Of a stretch of 64,000 nucleotides of DNA, positions 35,787 to 45,080 are shown piece by piece. Numbering within the stretch: position 1 is the first letter of the stretch; every line of letters starts with the position of its first letter. The DNA comes from Patescibacteria group bacterium. GTDB lineage: Bacteria > Patescibacteriota > Minisyncoccia > Phycocordibacterales > UBA1550. The stretch covers positions 43,844-107,843 of the forward strand of contig JBBTWP010000005.1 in NCBI GenBank assembly GCA_038062675.1, read 5' to 3'. Position numbers and translations under genes: made by a program. Under the pieces are notes generated by a model that searched no databases, was not told the DNA's origin, and was given only the letters and a program-made list of their open reading frames with translations.

Positions 35787-36902
35787 TTACTTCATCCACG
35801 CAAGTTCATAGGCGAGTTGCTTCAACATACGCTCATCGCTAAAGTCTTTCACGCGTGCCTGTGCGGACTCGGCGAGTTTTTTCGCAAACAAAGGGTCGTC
35901 ATGAAGCAGGGCGATTGCTTGAGATAGTAAGCCGACATTATTCGGTGGAACAAGTGTGCCATTTTTTTTGTTTTCAATAATTTCAGTATTACCACCGACC
36001 GCAGTCGTGACCACTGGCGTACCCAAAGCCATGACTTCAAGCAATTGATGGGAAAAACCCTCGTACGAAGTATTGAGCACAAACACATCAGCAGCCTTAA
36101 GATACGCAAACAATTCTTTCTGGGAAAGTTTTCCGACTAAACTGATACGATCTTCAAGGTGAAGAAGTTTTATCTTTTCACTGAGCATTTTTTTGTCCGG
36201 TCCGTCTCCAATAATAAAAAGGTGTACGTCAGGGATTTTTTGCAGGAGTGTGGGCATCATTTCCACAAGCTCCACGAATCCTTTCCATGGGACCAACCTC
36301 CCCACCGACACAATGACATGCCCGCTCATACCAAGTTTCTTGCGCGCGTCAACTTTTTCTTCTTGTATTACCGGCACGTCAAACCCATTATAGATTACTG
36401 CAATTCTTTCAGCAGGAACCCCCCATGCCGTCACAATTTTTTTAAGGTATTCACTCGGCACAATGACACGGTCAGAAGCGCACGCGATTCGACACTGCAC
36501 ACGCTTTAAACTTCTCACCAACCTTGGGTACTCTTTGTGCTTTAAAACAAATGCGTCGAGTGTATCCACGACCCCTGCACGTTGCACCCCCTGCTCCCAA
36601 GCATAGTCCCCCACAATCTTGACGTAAAATTTCTTGCGAAATAACTTTGCCACAAGCATTGCAGGAAGCCCGACAGAAACAGGGTCCTGTGCATAAACGA
36701 GGTCAGCGCGCACACTGCGCACCAATACCCAGAAAAAATACACAACGTGTCGTAAAATTTTTGGCAACCAAAGAAATGTTCCAAAATTCACAACCACCAC
36801 ATCAAACCCATATGAAGGAAGTTTGTCGTGAAGGAGTTTGCTATACGTCGCCGGCCCCCCTATCTGGGGTGGATAAATTCCGGTTGCAATAAGTATCTTC
36901 AT
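35787..36902 (-). CDS. GT4 family glycosyltransferase
   Basis: The start is set at ATG 36902 (MKILIATGIYPPQIGGPATY). C-terminal ...VLNTSYEGFSHQLLEVMALGTPVVTTAVGGNTEII. The track start at 37001 adds 33 non-GT residues. Confidence 0.85.
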   Translation of the reverse strand: MKILIATGIYPPQIGGPATYSKLLHDKLPSYGFDVVVVNFGTFLWLPKILRHVVYFFWVLVRSVRADLVYAQDPVSVGLPAMLVAKLFRKKFYVKIVGDYAWEQGVQRAGVVDTLDAFVLKHKEYPRLVRSLKRVQCRIACASDRVIVPSEYLKKIVTAWGVPAERIAVIYNGFDVPVIQEEKVDARKKLGMSGHVIVSVGRLVPWKGFVELVEMMPTLLQKIPDVHLFIIGDGPDKKMLSEKIKLLHLEDRISLVGKLSQKELFAYLKAADVFVLNTSYEGFSHQLLEVMALGTPVVTTAVGGNTEIIENKKNGTLVPPNNVGLLSQAIALLHDDPLFAKKLAESAQARVKDFSDERMLKQLAYELAWMK

Positions 36903-37027
36903 ACTTATGAAGATACCATTGTTGGGAAGTTTTGAGAAGCATTGACGTTGCGCGCATAACATGCAAGAATCAAAAAAGAACCTGTCGTTGAACCTTTTCA
37001 CTCAAGAAGCAACAAAGGAGATATGTC

Positions 37028-37666
37028 ATGACACGAGTTATTAAAGCAATTGTTTTTGACTACAACGTCTTAGTCAACCACGATAACCGAAAAGTCTCCG
37101 CAATATTGGGAACATGGAGCTCTCAGAAGCTGAGCAGCGACCAAATACATCACGAGGTTTTTGATAGTCCGAAGCTATCTATATTTGAACGAGGAGAGAT
37201 CCCGCATGAAAGCTTCTACAACATTGTCATGTCCGCAATACTTGCCATGGACAAGAAACCAACTCTCGCAGAGTTTAGTGACCTATGGGGCAATGTTTTT
37301 AGTCAACGGAACAATGCAGACAATATGCTCGAACGACTCCATGTCCCTGACGCCATATTCTTGATGGGTAATGTTGACAAAATCCGCTCAGAACACTTAC
37401 GACAAATCCCGGCTATTGATACTTTCTTTGAGGGACAGTCGAGGTTAATTCTTTCTTGCGACAACAAGTCGCGCATGCCAGAGATTGGATTATGCTCTAC
37501 AGCAATCAAGCGTACCCGATGTGTCCCCAGCGAAATTTTATACGTTGGGACAAACCTTAAGTACACGGAACGATTTGAGCGATGCGGAACTGACATCCTT
37601 TTACATGACCCTCAACAACCGCTGACGTCCCTCATAAAGGAACTCCGCGCATTCAATGTTTTGTAA
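37028..37666 (+). CDS. HAD-like hydrolase (divergent)
   Basis: AIVFDYNVLVNHDN is a motif I-like D-x-N variant. A Rossmannoid core follows, with ...ILYVGTNLKYTERFERCGTDIL in the motif III/IV region. Confidence 0.5.
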   Translation: MTRVIKAIVFDYNVLVNHDNRKVSAILGTWSSQKLSSDQIHHEVFDSPKLSIFERGEIPHESFYNIVMSAILAMDKKPTLAEFSDLWGNVFSQRNNADNMLERLHVPDAIFLMGNVDKIRSEHLRQIPAIDTFFEGQSRLILSCDNKSRMPEIGLCSTAIKRTRCVPSEILYVGTNLKYTERFERCGTDILLHDPQQPLTSLIKELRAFNVL

Positions 37667-37684
37667 CAAAACAAGTTAGAGCAA

Positions 37685-37717
37685 GGCGGTCGTTTCATAC
37701 GACCGCCCTATTTTTTG
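37685..37717 (+). terminator. rho-independent terminator
   Basis: ggcggtcgtttcatacgaccgcc hairpin followed by ctattttttg. Confidence 0.85.
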
Positions 37718-37759
37718 TACAATATCCCTTTTTTCTCAAAAACATGCTAGATTGAATAG

Positions 37760-38299
37760 ATGAAAATCGTCATCGCGACCCCACTCTATCCGCCTGACAT
37801 TGAACCCACAGCACTCTACTGCAAAGAATTTGCGCGCCGATTAGCGGGGGCTGGGCACAGTGTAGTCGTTGCAACGTATGGAAACATCCCTGAAGATGTG
37901 CCGGGTGTTACCGTGACAACAACAGACAAACGTCAATTCCTTCTTGTGCGCATCATCCTCTACACAATGAGTCTTTGGAAAAGCATAAAAGATGCTAATG
38001 TGATTTATGTACAAAATGGCGCTTCTGTGGAATTCCCACTCTTCATCCTTTCCTTTGTCGCAAAGAAACCAATCGTACTGCTCTCGACGGACACGAACGC
38101 AACAGAGCGTGCTGAAAAAAACCTTTTTTTAAAAAAACTCAGACAAGCGATTGAACACCGCGCGCATCTCATAATCAAAAAACTTCCACCACAAAAACCT
38201 GAGATACTCCCCTTTGTTCCACAACCCACGCACGCCCTCACTGAATACGAAACAGCATGGCAACAACACATACAACAACTCACGCACATCACCCCATGA
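37760..38299 (+). CDS. glycosyltransferase family 4 N-terminal-domain-only protein
   Basis: MKIVIATPLYPPDIEPTALYCKEFARRLAGAGHSVVVATYG matches the GT4 N-domain. The ORF ends after 179 aa with no GT-B C-terminal donor-binding domain. The stop overlaps the next start (ATGA). Confidence 0.6.
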   Translation: MKIVIATPLYPPDIEPTALYCKEFARRLAGAGHSVVVATYGNIPEDVPGVTVTTTDKRQFLLVRIILYTMSLWKSIKDANVIYVQNGASVEFPLFILSFVAKKPIVLLSTDTNATERAEKNLFLKKLRQAIEHRAHLIIKKLPPQKPEILPFVPQPTHALTEYETAWQQHIQQLTHITP

Positions 38300-39399
38300 A
38301 CAAACCAGCGACAGAAAAAGAAATATGGGAACAGTACTGCGCAAGTGGAATCGCGATAGTCCGGCCATTGCTCACAAAGCATGGAGTGATTCTCGACGAA
38401 GCTCAACCGCACATTGCCGGAGAACGTTACCTCACACGCCCGCTCGCCGGCGCAAAAAAACTTCTCTTGTTAGGCAAGAGGAGTTCAGATAAAATGCGTG
38501 TGGTGATCAAGGTGGCGAGTGATACCGCTGGCATTGCCGAGATCCAACATGAACGCACTTGCCGCGAGATGTTGAGTTCTATGGAATTTGCGCACAGCAT
38601 ACTGCATTCGCCGGACGAGCTACTATTTATACACGAACAAAATCGAGCAATCCTCGTCAGTGAATTTATCGAACAGCCATGCTCGTTCACCGAGCGCCCA
38701 ATTTCGGAACAATTCACCCTCGCTCTCTCAATTCTCAAAGCACAAGAACAGGCACATGCGACCACTCATGGACACATAAAAACAGTACGCAAAACTTTTG
38801 GGGAGGTGCATGCGGACGACTATCTCACAAAATGCCAGACATACATCACAGAAATTAATGCGAGTGCAAAAAATCAAACCTTAGAGCAAACACTCGGGCA
38901 GAGCCTCCAGCTTTTCAAGGAGAGTACAAAGACTATCGAACAATACACCGGGTTTCTCACGAACTGGGACCTCACCCCACAAAATATTCGTGTCACCAAC
39001 GAGCGTATTTATTTCCTCGACCATGCATCATTTCATTTTGGTAATAAGCACGAAAGCTGGGCGCGCTTTATCAATTTCATGTCGCTCTACGAACCGCAGG
39101 TTGCGCAAGCGTTAATGGAATATGTTCACAGCAACCGCGCACATGAGGAGGTTGCCTCTCTTAAACTTATGCGCATCTACCGCCTCGTTGAACTCATACG
39201 CTTTTACACCGAATGGCTCATGCGTGCCGAAGGGAACGTACGCGAACTCGCATTGGCAAGAATCGACTTTTGGCAGGAAGTACTAAAAGCAACAATCAGC
39301 GACACATTCATTTCCGAAGAAACAAGGAAAGAGTATATGAAAAAACGTGATTCGCTTCGAAGCGACGATGAGAAGAAGCGACAAATTGGTTTACACTAA
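38296..39399 (+). CDS. phosphotransferase-family (APH/choline-kinase-like) putative kinase
   Basis: The catalytic-loop-like NWDLTPQNIRV aligns with HGDLHPGNI of the APH/ChoK family. A downstream IYFLDHASFHFG gives the D-x-A/D metal-binding motif. The start is placed at ATG 38296 (MNKPATEKE...). Confidence 0.6.
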   Translation: MNKPATEKEIWEQYCASGIAIVRPLLTKHGVILDEAQPHIAGERYLTRPLAGAKKLLLLGKRSSDKMRVVIKVASDTAGIAEIQHERTCREMLSSMEFAHSILHSPDELLFIHEQNRAILVSEFIEQPCSFTERPISEQFTLALSILKAQEQAHATTHGHIKTVRKTFGEVHADDYLTKCQTYITEINASAKNQTLEQTLGQSLQLFKESTKTIEQYTGFLTNWDLTPQNIRVTNERIYFLDHASFHFGNKHESWARFINFMSLYEPQVAQALMEYVHSNRAHEEVASLKLMRIYRLVELIRFYTEWLMRAEGNVRELALARIDFWQEVLKATISDTFISEETRKEYMKKRDSLRSDDEKKRQIGLH

Positions 39400-39944
39400 A
39401 GCGCTTTCATCTCTACTACGAGTCCTTCATATTCATCAACCATCGAATGAGTAAGTGAGGCACGAAACATATCGAGCATCGCCTCCTCAAACCAAATTTT
39501 CTTTTCACGTCCAGCATTGAAATAACTCCAAATGGTAGAACCCTGAGCTTGATGTGCAGCAATCAAACTATATGCATTTGCAATTTTGTCTGCCAGTGAA
39601 GCTGCCTTTGCTTCACTCCCGGCACCACGCACCGACTCAATGTACGCTTTTTTCTTTTCCTCCCACGACAGGGTGTCGTCGTGCGTAACGGGTACGACAA
39701 TATCCGTCACATCATCGCCAAGCAGATGGCGCAACTCATCAGCAGTGATATTTGTATCTTCCACCAGATCATGAACAATCCCTGCCGCAATAACGACATC
39801 TGAAAAACCGTGCCGAGCAAGAATAAGTCCGACTTCAATGGGGTGCACGATGTATGGCATTGGTGCCTCTTTGCGCATCTGTCCATCATGAGCGCGAACC
39901 GCAAGCGCAACCGCCCGCTCAATTAAACTATGATTTCGATTCAT
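39396..39944 (-). CDS. HD-domain protein, RelA/SpoT-type (p)ppGpp hydrolase-like (small alarmone hydrolase)
   Basis: YIVHPIEVGLILARHGFSDVVIAAGIVHDLVEDT carries the HD motif of the RelA/SpoT N-terminal hydrolase. At 182 aa it has no synthetase domain. Confidence 0.75.
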   Translation of the reverse strand: MNRNHSLIERAVALAVRAHDGQMRKEAPMPYIVHPIEVGLILARHGFSDVVIAAGIVHDLVEDTNITADELRHLLGDDVTDIVVPVTHDDTLSWEEKKKAYIESVRGAGSEAKAASLADKIANAYSLIAAHQAQGSTIWSYFNAGREKKIWFEEAMLDMFRASLTHSMVDEYEGLVVEMKAL

Positions 39945-39974
39945 AAAAAATAACTAAATTTAACATCATCGTGT

Positions 39975-41171
39975 TTATGACTGCAATGAATTACCGCGCT
40001 TAAGCACAGCGTCGAACACCCGCGTGCGCATTTGTTTCGCAATATTGTCCCAGTCATATTTTTCTTCAACCATTTTACGAGCATGTTCTGAAATCTTTTT
40101 TGCCTTTTCAGGATTTGCTAAAATCTCTTGCACTTTCGCAACAATTTGGTCCGGCGCATCCGGGTCAACCACCCACGCCGTTGGTTGTTTGTCAGGATTA
40201 TGTTTTTCATCAAAGACATAATCCGCCATTCCCCCGACCTGCGTCGCAATGAGTGGCAAACGTGACGCAAGTGCAGAAATGAATGCATTTCCCAACCCCT
40301 CTGACCGACTCGGTGCGACGAAAATATCTGACGCACGACGATAGAGTGTCACCACCCCCCGATCCACCTTGCCAGTAAAAATAACTCTGTCCGCAACACC
40401 AAGGTCTTCCGCAAGTTTTTTGAGCATTGGCGCATCTCCCCCGTCTCCTACTGCGAGGAATTTAATATGCACGGGAAGTTTTACTAAAGCCCGAATCGTA
40501 TCGTCAAACGCTTTTTGATGCACCAAGCGAGAAGTGTTGACCAAAAAAATGTCGCCGGGGTTTTTCCCAAGCTTTTCTTTCATTGCTTCAATCTCAGCAA
40601 CCTCAACCTTGTCTTTAATGTCACGAGGGTTTGCGCCGTTATAAATAAGTTCAATCGGACCTTTGTACCCGCGTTTCCGTGGCCACTCTGCTAAAAAAAC
40701 AGAAATTGCCTGAACCATTGATGCGGTACGAAAACCGTAGTCGAGAATCGGTGCGACAGGGCGAATAAACCATCGTTCAAAGACCTTCTCGTAAGGGTCG
40801 CCGTCTTGCAAAGTAAGGATGTGTGGCGTGCGCACCCCGCATATACGCGCCATTACAACAGGAAAGAGCATGTAGGTCATCATCGCCCACAGTGCGCCAA
40901 AATGATGTTCTTTGTCGAGTGAGCGCGCCTTAAGCCCTGCAAGTGGCACAAAAAATATTTTAGAAAGGTACGCACCGCCAAAACCAACACGGTGCACCAC
41001 AACATTACCAATACGTTCTTCGCGTGGCGCATTTTTGTCGAAAAGGAGTGTCACCATATGAAATTCAATATCAGATGGATTGATGCGCTCCGTGATTTCC
41101 TTGATTGCCGCCTCGGCTCCTGAAACAAAGCTCGGATAATATGCGAGTGAGAAAATAAGGATTTTTTTCAT
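39975..41171 (-). CDS. GT4 family glycosyltransferase
   Basis: N-terminus MKKILIFSLAYYPSFVSGAEAAIKEI. C-terminal ...FVAPSRSEGLGNAFISALASRLPLIATQVGGMADYV. Confidence 0.88.
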   Translation of the reverse strand: MKKILIFSLAYYPSFVSGAEAAIKEITERINPSDIEFHMVTLLFDKNAPREERIGNVVVHRVGFGGAYLSKIFFVPLAGLKARSLDKEHHFGALWAMMTYMLFPVVMARICGVRTPHILTLQDGDPYEKVFERWFIRPVAPILDYGFRTASMVQAISVFLAEWPRKRGYKGPIELIYNGANPRDIKDKVEVAEIEAMKEKLGKNPGDIFLVNTSRLVHQKAFDDTIRALVKLPVHIKFLAVGDGGDAPMLKKLAEDLGVADRVIFTGKVDRGVVTLYRRASDIFVAPSRSEGLGNAFISALASRLPLIATQVGGMADYVFDEKHNPDKQPTAWVVDPDAPDQIVAKVQEILANPEKAKKISEHARKMVEEKYDWDNIAKQMRTRVFDAVLKRGNSLQS

Positions 41172-41195
41172 AACACCCCCATTGTACCAATATCT

Positions 41196-41236
41196 GCATA
41201 AAAATAAAGGGCGGGTCGCGCATGCGCGACCCGCCC
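41196..41236 (-). terminator. rho-independent terminator
   Basis: Perfect 28-nt palindrome gggcgggtcgcgcatgcgcgacccgccc, followed on the minus strand by TTTATTTTTATG. Confidence 0.85.
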
Positions 41237-41245
41237 CACTACTAA

Positions 41246-41956
41246 CTAAACATCTTTTTTCGACAACTCTCCAGCTTGAGTGATTGCCATTTCCTGACTT
41301 GTGACAAAATCCGACAACGACTGCAAGAATGCCTCACCGCCAGGACTACGAGACAATTTCATGGCTCTTTTGGTTGTTACACTGAGTGGGTTTGTCTGCA
41401 CACGATCGCCACGATGAGGTGGTTCAACAATAACCACATCTTGCGGACCAGAGTTTGCATAACTCACATCTGACCCAACAGTAAAGACTTGAAACCCACA
41501 ATCAGCAAACTCGCCGAGTCGCAAAACTTCCGCTTCAGTGAAACAGCGACCGCCGTGCGTGGGTGAAGAGACAATAAACAGACACCTCGTGTCGAGTGGT
41601 TTCAAAAACTCCATCACTGCACGAATTTCCTGCCGCGTATTTTGTGCAGTTGTGTGAACCACCGAGCGATAAACAATAAGTCCTTCGGCTTCGGCGTAGC
41701 TCACACTAAGATGTGCTGCAATTTCCGACAAATGGCATAGAGCATAGTCCAAAATATACTGCCCTTCTTTCACACCATCACGTTCCGACGCGCCTGTTCC
41801 CCAAAAGATATATTTCGCGTCTTCTTCGTACGCGACTTTAAGTCCGCGCAAAATCCGACCTACTTTGCCATATTGGTTTTGCCCAAGGACAATGTTGTCC
41901 CAATCGTCAGCCCCCAAATGAAGCCCGTGAATCAGCACAGCAGACGAACCATTCAT
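41246..41956 (-). CDS. DUF218 (YdcF/ElyC/SanA) family protein
   Basis: HTTAQNTRQEIRA matches the S-x-NT-x-EN motif and IVSSPTHGGR matches the VTS-x-HM-x-R motif of DUF218 Rossmann-like proteins. Confidence 0.6.
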   Translation of the reverse strand: MNGSSAVLIHGLHLGADDWDNIVLGQNQYGKVGRILRGLKVAYEEDAKYIFWGTGASERDGVKEGQYILDYALCHLSEIAAHLSVSYAEAEGLIVYRSVVHTTAQNTRQEIRAVMEFLKPLDTRCLFIVSSPTHGGRCFTEAEVLRLGEFADCGFQVFTVGSDVSYANSGPQDVVIVEPPHRGDRVQTNPLSVTTKRAMKLSRSPGGEAFLQSLSDFVTSQEMAITQAGELSKKDV

Positions 41957-42043
41957 ACCTTTCTCCTTGTGTTGTGTGTCGTGTAGTTAAAAAGCAAATA
42001 CTGGGAAAACTATAACATGTAGATTTCAAAAAACAAGGTCAAA

Positions 42044-42940
42044 TTACGCCTGTTTCTCTTTCACACTCTTCACGTAGTCTTCAAGTTTATATTGCTGTTT
42101 CCAGCCAAGCATCTCTATTTTTGATGTGTCAGTAGTTCCTGTTGAACGCGTTGATTTTGTTTGTGGGAGCATTTCAATTTCACCACCAAACATATTCGCA
42201 ACATCAAGAAGTGAGTGCACTTCTTTGGCGCTAATGCCGTATTCTTCATGTTCCCCTTTTTCTCCTACAAGCACAATCCCCGCGACAGTATCGGAGACGT
42301 GCGTAAATGCGCGTGTCTGAGTACCCGGCGAAGCAATTTTGTGTGGTACTCCCTGCAAATAATTTTGTCGACACGTTTCGATAAATGTTCCTCGCTCGGT
42401 TGCCGATCGTTCTCGAGGGCCATACACATTGTAAAAATATGTAATCGCATACGGGAGCTTGTACCATCGTCCATAGTTTGCAACGAGATCGGAGTTTGCT
42501 GCTTTTGCCCACGTGTACGGCGAGAGGTTTCGCCCCAAAACACCATCGGCGCGCTCATCTGCTTGTTTTGTCGATGACCCCGCATACACCAGTTTGCATT
42601 TTCGCTTGCGCCAAAACTCAAGAACTCCCAATGTCCCCAACATATTGAGCGCAAACACTGTTTCCGGCTCCTCGAGACTTTTTGCAACACGTGCATATTC
42701 GCCAAGGTGGTAAACAATATCAACCTGCTCGGGGATATATTGTTCAATATCTTTGGTATGCCCTTCGCGATACTCCACCCCCAGAACGTGATTTTCTTTT
42801 GACCCAGCAAAATAATTGTCGAGTGAAATAACATGATGCCCCTCCTTCGCGAGTCGTTCACACAAATGAGACCCGATGAATCCCGCGCCGCCGGTTACAA
42901 GTATCGTTTTTTTAGCTTCTTTTTCCATAGATTTCATCAT
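42044..42940 (-). CDS. NAD-dependent epimerase/dehydratase (extended SDR; UDP-sugar epimerase/decarboxylase-like)
   Basis: ILVTGGAGFIGSHLCERLAKEGHHVISLDN is the GxxGxxG Rossmann motif. Catalytic Y-x3-K region in ...YTWAKAANSDL. Confidence 0.88.
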   Translation of the reverse strand: MMKSMEKEAKKTILVTGGAGFIGSHLCERLAKEGHHVISLDNYFAGSKENHVLGVEYREGHTKDIEQYIPEQVDIVYHLGEYARVAKSLEEPETVFALNMLGTLGVLEFWRKRKCKLVYAGSSTKQADERADGVLGRNLSPYTWAKAANSDLVANYGRWYKLPYAITYFYNVYGPRERSATERGTFIETCRQNYLQGVPHKIASPGTQTRAFTHVSDTVAGIVLVGEKGEHEEYGISAKEVHSLLDVANMFGGEIEMLPQTKSTRSTGTTDTSKIEMLGWKQQYKLEDYVKSVKEKQA

Positions 42941-43009
42941 AGCACATTAGGGCATATCTCAAAATAAAAACGACCCCCAGAAAAAATGGGGGCCGGTACT
43001 ACAAAAAAT

Positions 43010-43552
43010 TTAGATTTCGAGGACAACACAACCCTGCACGGTCATAAAGTTCCCTTTTTCTGCAGCAGAAAGAACTTTTGCTACTGCTTCGTTGGTCAAA
43101 CGTTCAAGTGAATCACGCTTCATAAACACAGCGTAGTGAATACCGAGTCCACTTCGCAAATAACGCAAAGCATGATGCTTTGCATCCTGAATCAAAGAAT
43201 CGTTGACCTCGTCGCCATCACCGGAAACGCCTGAAACGCCTGAAACGCCGACAACTTTGACATTGCTGTCATGCGTCAGCTTGTACGCATTTTTATGTAA
43301 CCGCAAAAAATCACGTAATAAATCAGCCGATCCCGGTAGATTTATGCAAGAAGGGAGGATAAATAAAGAAATATGTTGATCTCCGATTTTTCGCACAGCG
43401 GCAATGTCTTCAACCGCTTCATCAAAAACCGTTTCCGATGGAACTCTCAAAGTGTTCAAGCAAAACACAAACCCGATCTGAGGAGCTTGTCGACTGCCGA
43501 CGTGGTCGCTCTCACCAAAATCAATTACATTGCTATCTTTTCCACTCGTCAT
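43010..43552 (-). CDS. hypothetical protein with GVSGVSGVSG in-frame microsatellite
   Basis: 180-aa ORF with no recognised family. Contains a 3x 9-bp tandem repeat (43223-43249) encoding GVSGVSGVS. Confidence 0.45.
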   Translation of the reverse strand: MTSGKDSNVIDFGESDHVGSRQAPQIGFVFCLNTLRVPSETVFDEAVEDIAAVRKIGDQHISLFILPSCINLPGSADLLRDFLRLHKNAYKLTHDSNVKVVGVSGVSGVSGDGDEVNDSLIQDAKHHALRYLRSGLGIHYAVFMKRDSLERLTNEAVAKVLSAAEKGNFMTVQGCVVLEI

Positions 43553-43646
43553 AGAACTCTCCTTCTGGTTGAACGGAAATTTTACTGATCTGTATCCAAT
43601 ATTACTTATACCACAAATTCATAATTTTGCAATACTTTTGGAAAAT

Positions 43647-45080
43647 TTATTTCTCTTCCGTTATTTCAAAATCCTCAGCTGAGATTTCATCGGACTTCTT
43701 TTGCCCTCTCCCAAAGCGTAGCCCTACAAGCGCAAATACGCCCAAAAAAGCAACCGCAATATACCAGACCAAAAGACTTTCTTTTTTAGGCTGAACACTA
43801 GTAGCCCCGATTGCAATAACATCAGACAAAGGTTCTAGAGCAGTAGCAAACTGAGTATCACCTTTTAGCCGAGGAGGGACTTTTTGCACAGACACCACCG
43901 GCAAGGATGCCTGCGTCACTATGGAAACATCTTTTTGCACAGATGTTTCTGTTAAAATCATCGGCTTTTCTTTAAGAGAAATAACGGCTGTGCCATTTGG
44001 ATACCGAAGCTCCGCAACACTCCCATCCGGTGTTGAAAGTCTCGTCACCTCAGAAGGAAGCGTCAAAGTCTTTCGAGCTCCCACAAGTGTATTTTTGGGA
44101 AGTACGAATGCGCTGTTCCCAACACCCACCAACCACAAAGACAAATCAATTTCGTCGCTGCCAAGATTTTCAACAGCAACAAAAGAACGCAAAGCATCTC
44201 CGCCTGTCCGAAGAATCAATTCGGGCTTTACCACCGTCACCCACACACGGTCAGATGCGGAATAATATCCCGACGAAGCATCGAGCACCACCACATACTC
44301 GCCCGGATAATAATAGGTATGTAAAACTGATTGCCCTTCGGCTGAGCCTCCGTCACCAAACGACCACACCATGCGCGCGTTTTCAATCGGTTCTTTTTTG
44401 AGACCAAACACTTTGCCGGAAAAAGTCATCGGCGCACCCGTTACGACAGTGCGCGCTGACGCACCCGCATCCACAATTATTTGTGAATCGACAGGAAATG
44501 TCGAGGTGTTTGCCACCGATGTGTTTGATGAAGCGCTCGCAGATGAATTTGAAGACGAAATATTTGATCCTGCCACAAATGTGTCGGCAGAGACTCCGAT
44601 CCCGGGAGTAGGGACTCCTCCTTTCCATATACCCCCCATTTTCTGCAGTGATTTTCCATCCTCCGTCGCACCCATGTCGCTTGCATACACTACCGTATCC
44701 GAAACAGTACCATCCGGCATCTTGAATGCAATCGTTTCGCCTCCATTTTTTAAAGAGAAAGAACTATCGAGGACAATTCCCGAAAATCCAGAATGGTCAC
44801 TTAAAAATATCCCTGCGTTGTCAGCAATAATTGCGTATGCATTTGGCGCCAACGCACCATCCCCTTTTTCTGTAGTCAACCCATGACTGCTTCCACCCTC
44901 TACAAATTTTGATTTTAAAAGATCAACAGCACTTCCTCCACTATTCCAAACTTCCACCCACTCATGCCCCGTATCCGCCCCTTTGGGGTCGTACATAATT
45001 TCTGAAATAACAACCTGCGCAGAAACCATCCTTGCAAACAAAAATAAAAAAAATAATATAATCCACCGCATACTATTCAT
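43647..45080 (-). CDS. secreted/membrane-anchored surface protein with lamin-tail domains (LTD) and a PKD-like domain
   Basis: Signal peptide (ILFFLFLFARMVSAQ). LTD signature VVISEIMYDPKGADTGHEWVEVWNSG. PKD-like WSFGDGGSAEGQSVLHTYYYPGEYVVVLDAS. A second LTD-like segment and a C-terminal TM anchor (LLVWYIAVAFLGVFALVGL). Confidence 0.72.
   Translation of the reverse strand: MNSMRWIILFFLFLFARMVSAQVVISEIMYDPKGADTGHEWVEVWNSGGSAVDLLKSKFVEGGSSHGLTTEKGDGALAPNAYAIIADNAGIFLSDHSGFSGIVLDSSFSLKNGGETIAFKMPDGTVSDTVVYASDMGATEDGKSLQKMGGIWKGGVPTPGIGVSADTFVAGSNISSSNSSASASSNTSVANTSTFPVDSQIIVDAGASARTVVTGAPMTFSGKVFGLKKEPIENARMVWSFGDGGSAEGQSVLHTYYYPGEYVVVLDASSGYYSASDRVWVTVVKPELILRTGGDALRSFVAVENLGSDEIDLSLWLVGVGNSAFVLPKNTLVGARKTLTLPSEVTRLSTPDGSVAELRYPNGTAVISLKEKPMILTETSVQKDVSIVTQASLPVVSVQKVPPRLKGDTQFATALEPLSDVIAIGATSVQPKKESLLVWYIAVAFLGVFALVGLRFGRGQKKSDEISAEDFEITEEK

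Noticed and set aside
42265-42861. 198-aa minus-strand ORF
   Set aside because: It is an alternative frame of the NAD-dependent epimerase/dehydratase gene on the same strand. The epimerase frame carries the GxxGxxG motif and this one does not.
43223-43249. 3 x 9-bp tandem repeat (ggaaacgcct...), considered as a possible CRISPR or regulatory repeat
   Set aside because: It is in-frame inside a CDS, encoding GVSGVSGVS. There are no spacers and no cas genes, so it is a coding microsatellite, not a CRISPR array.
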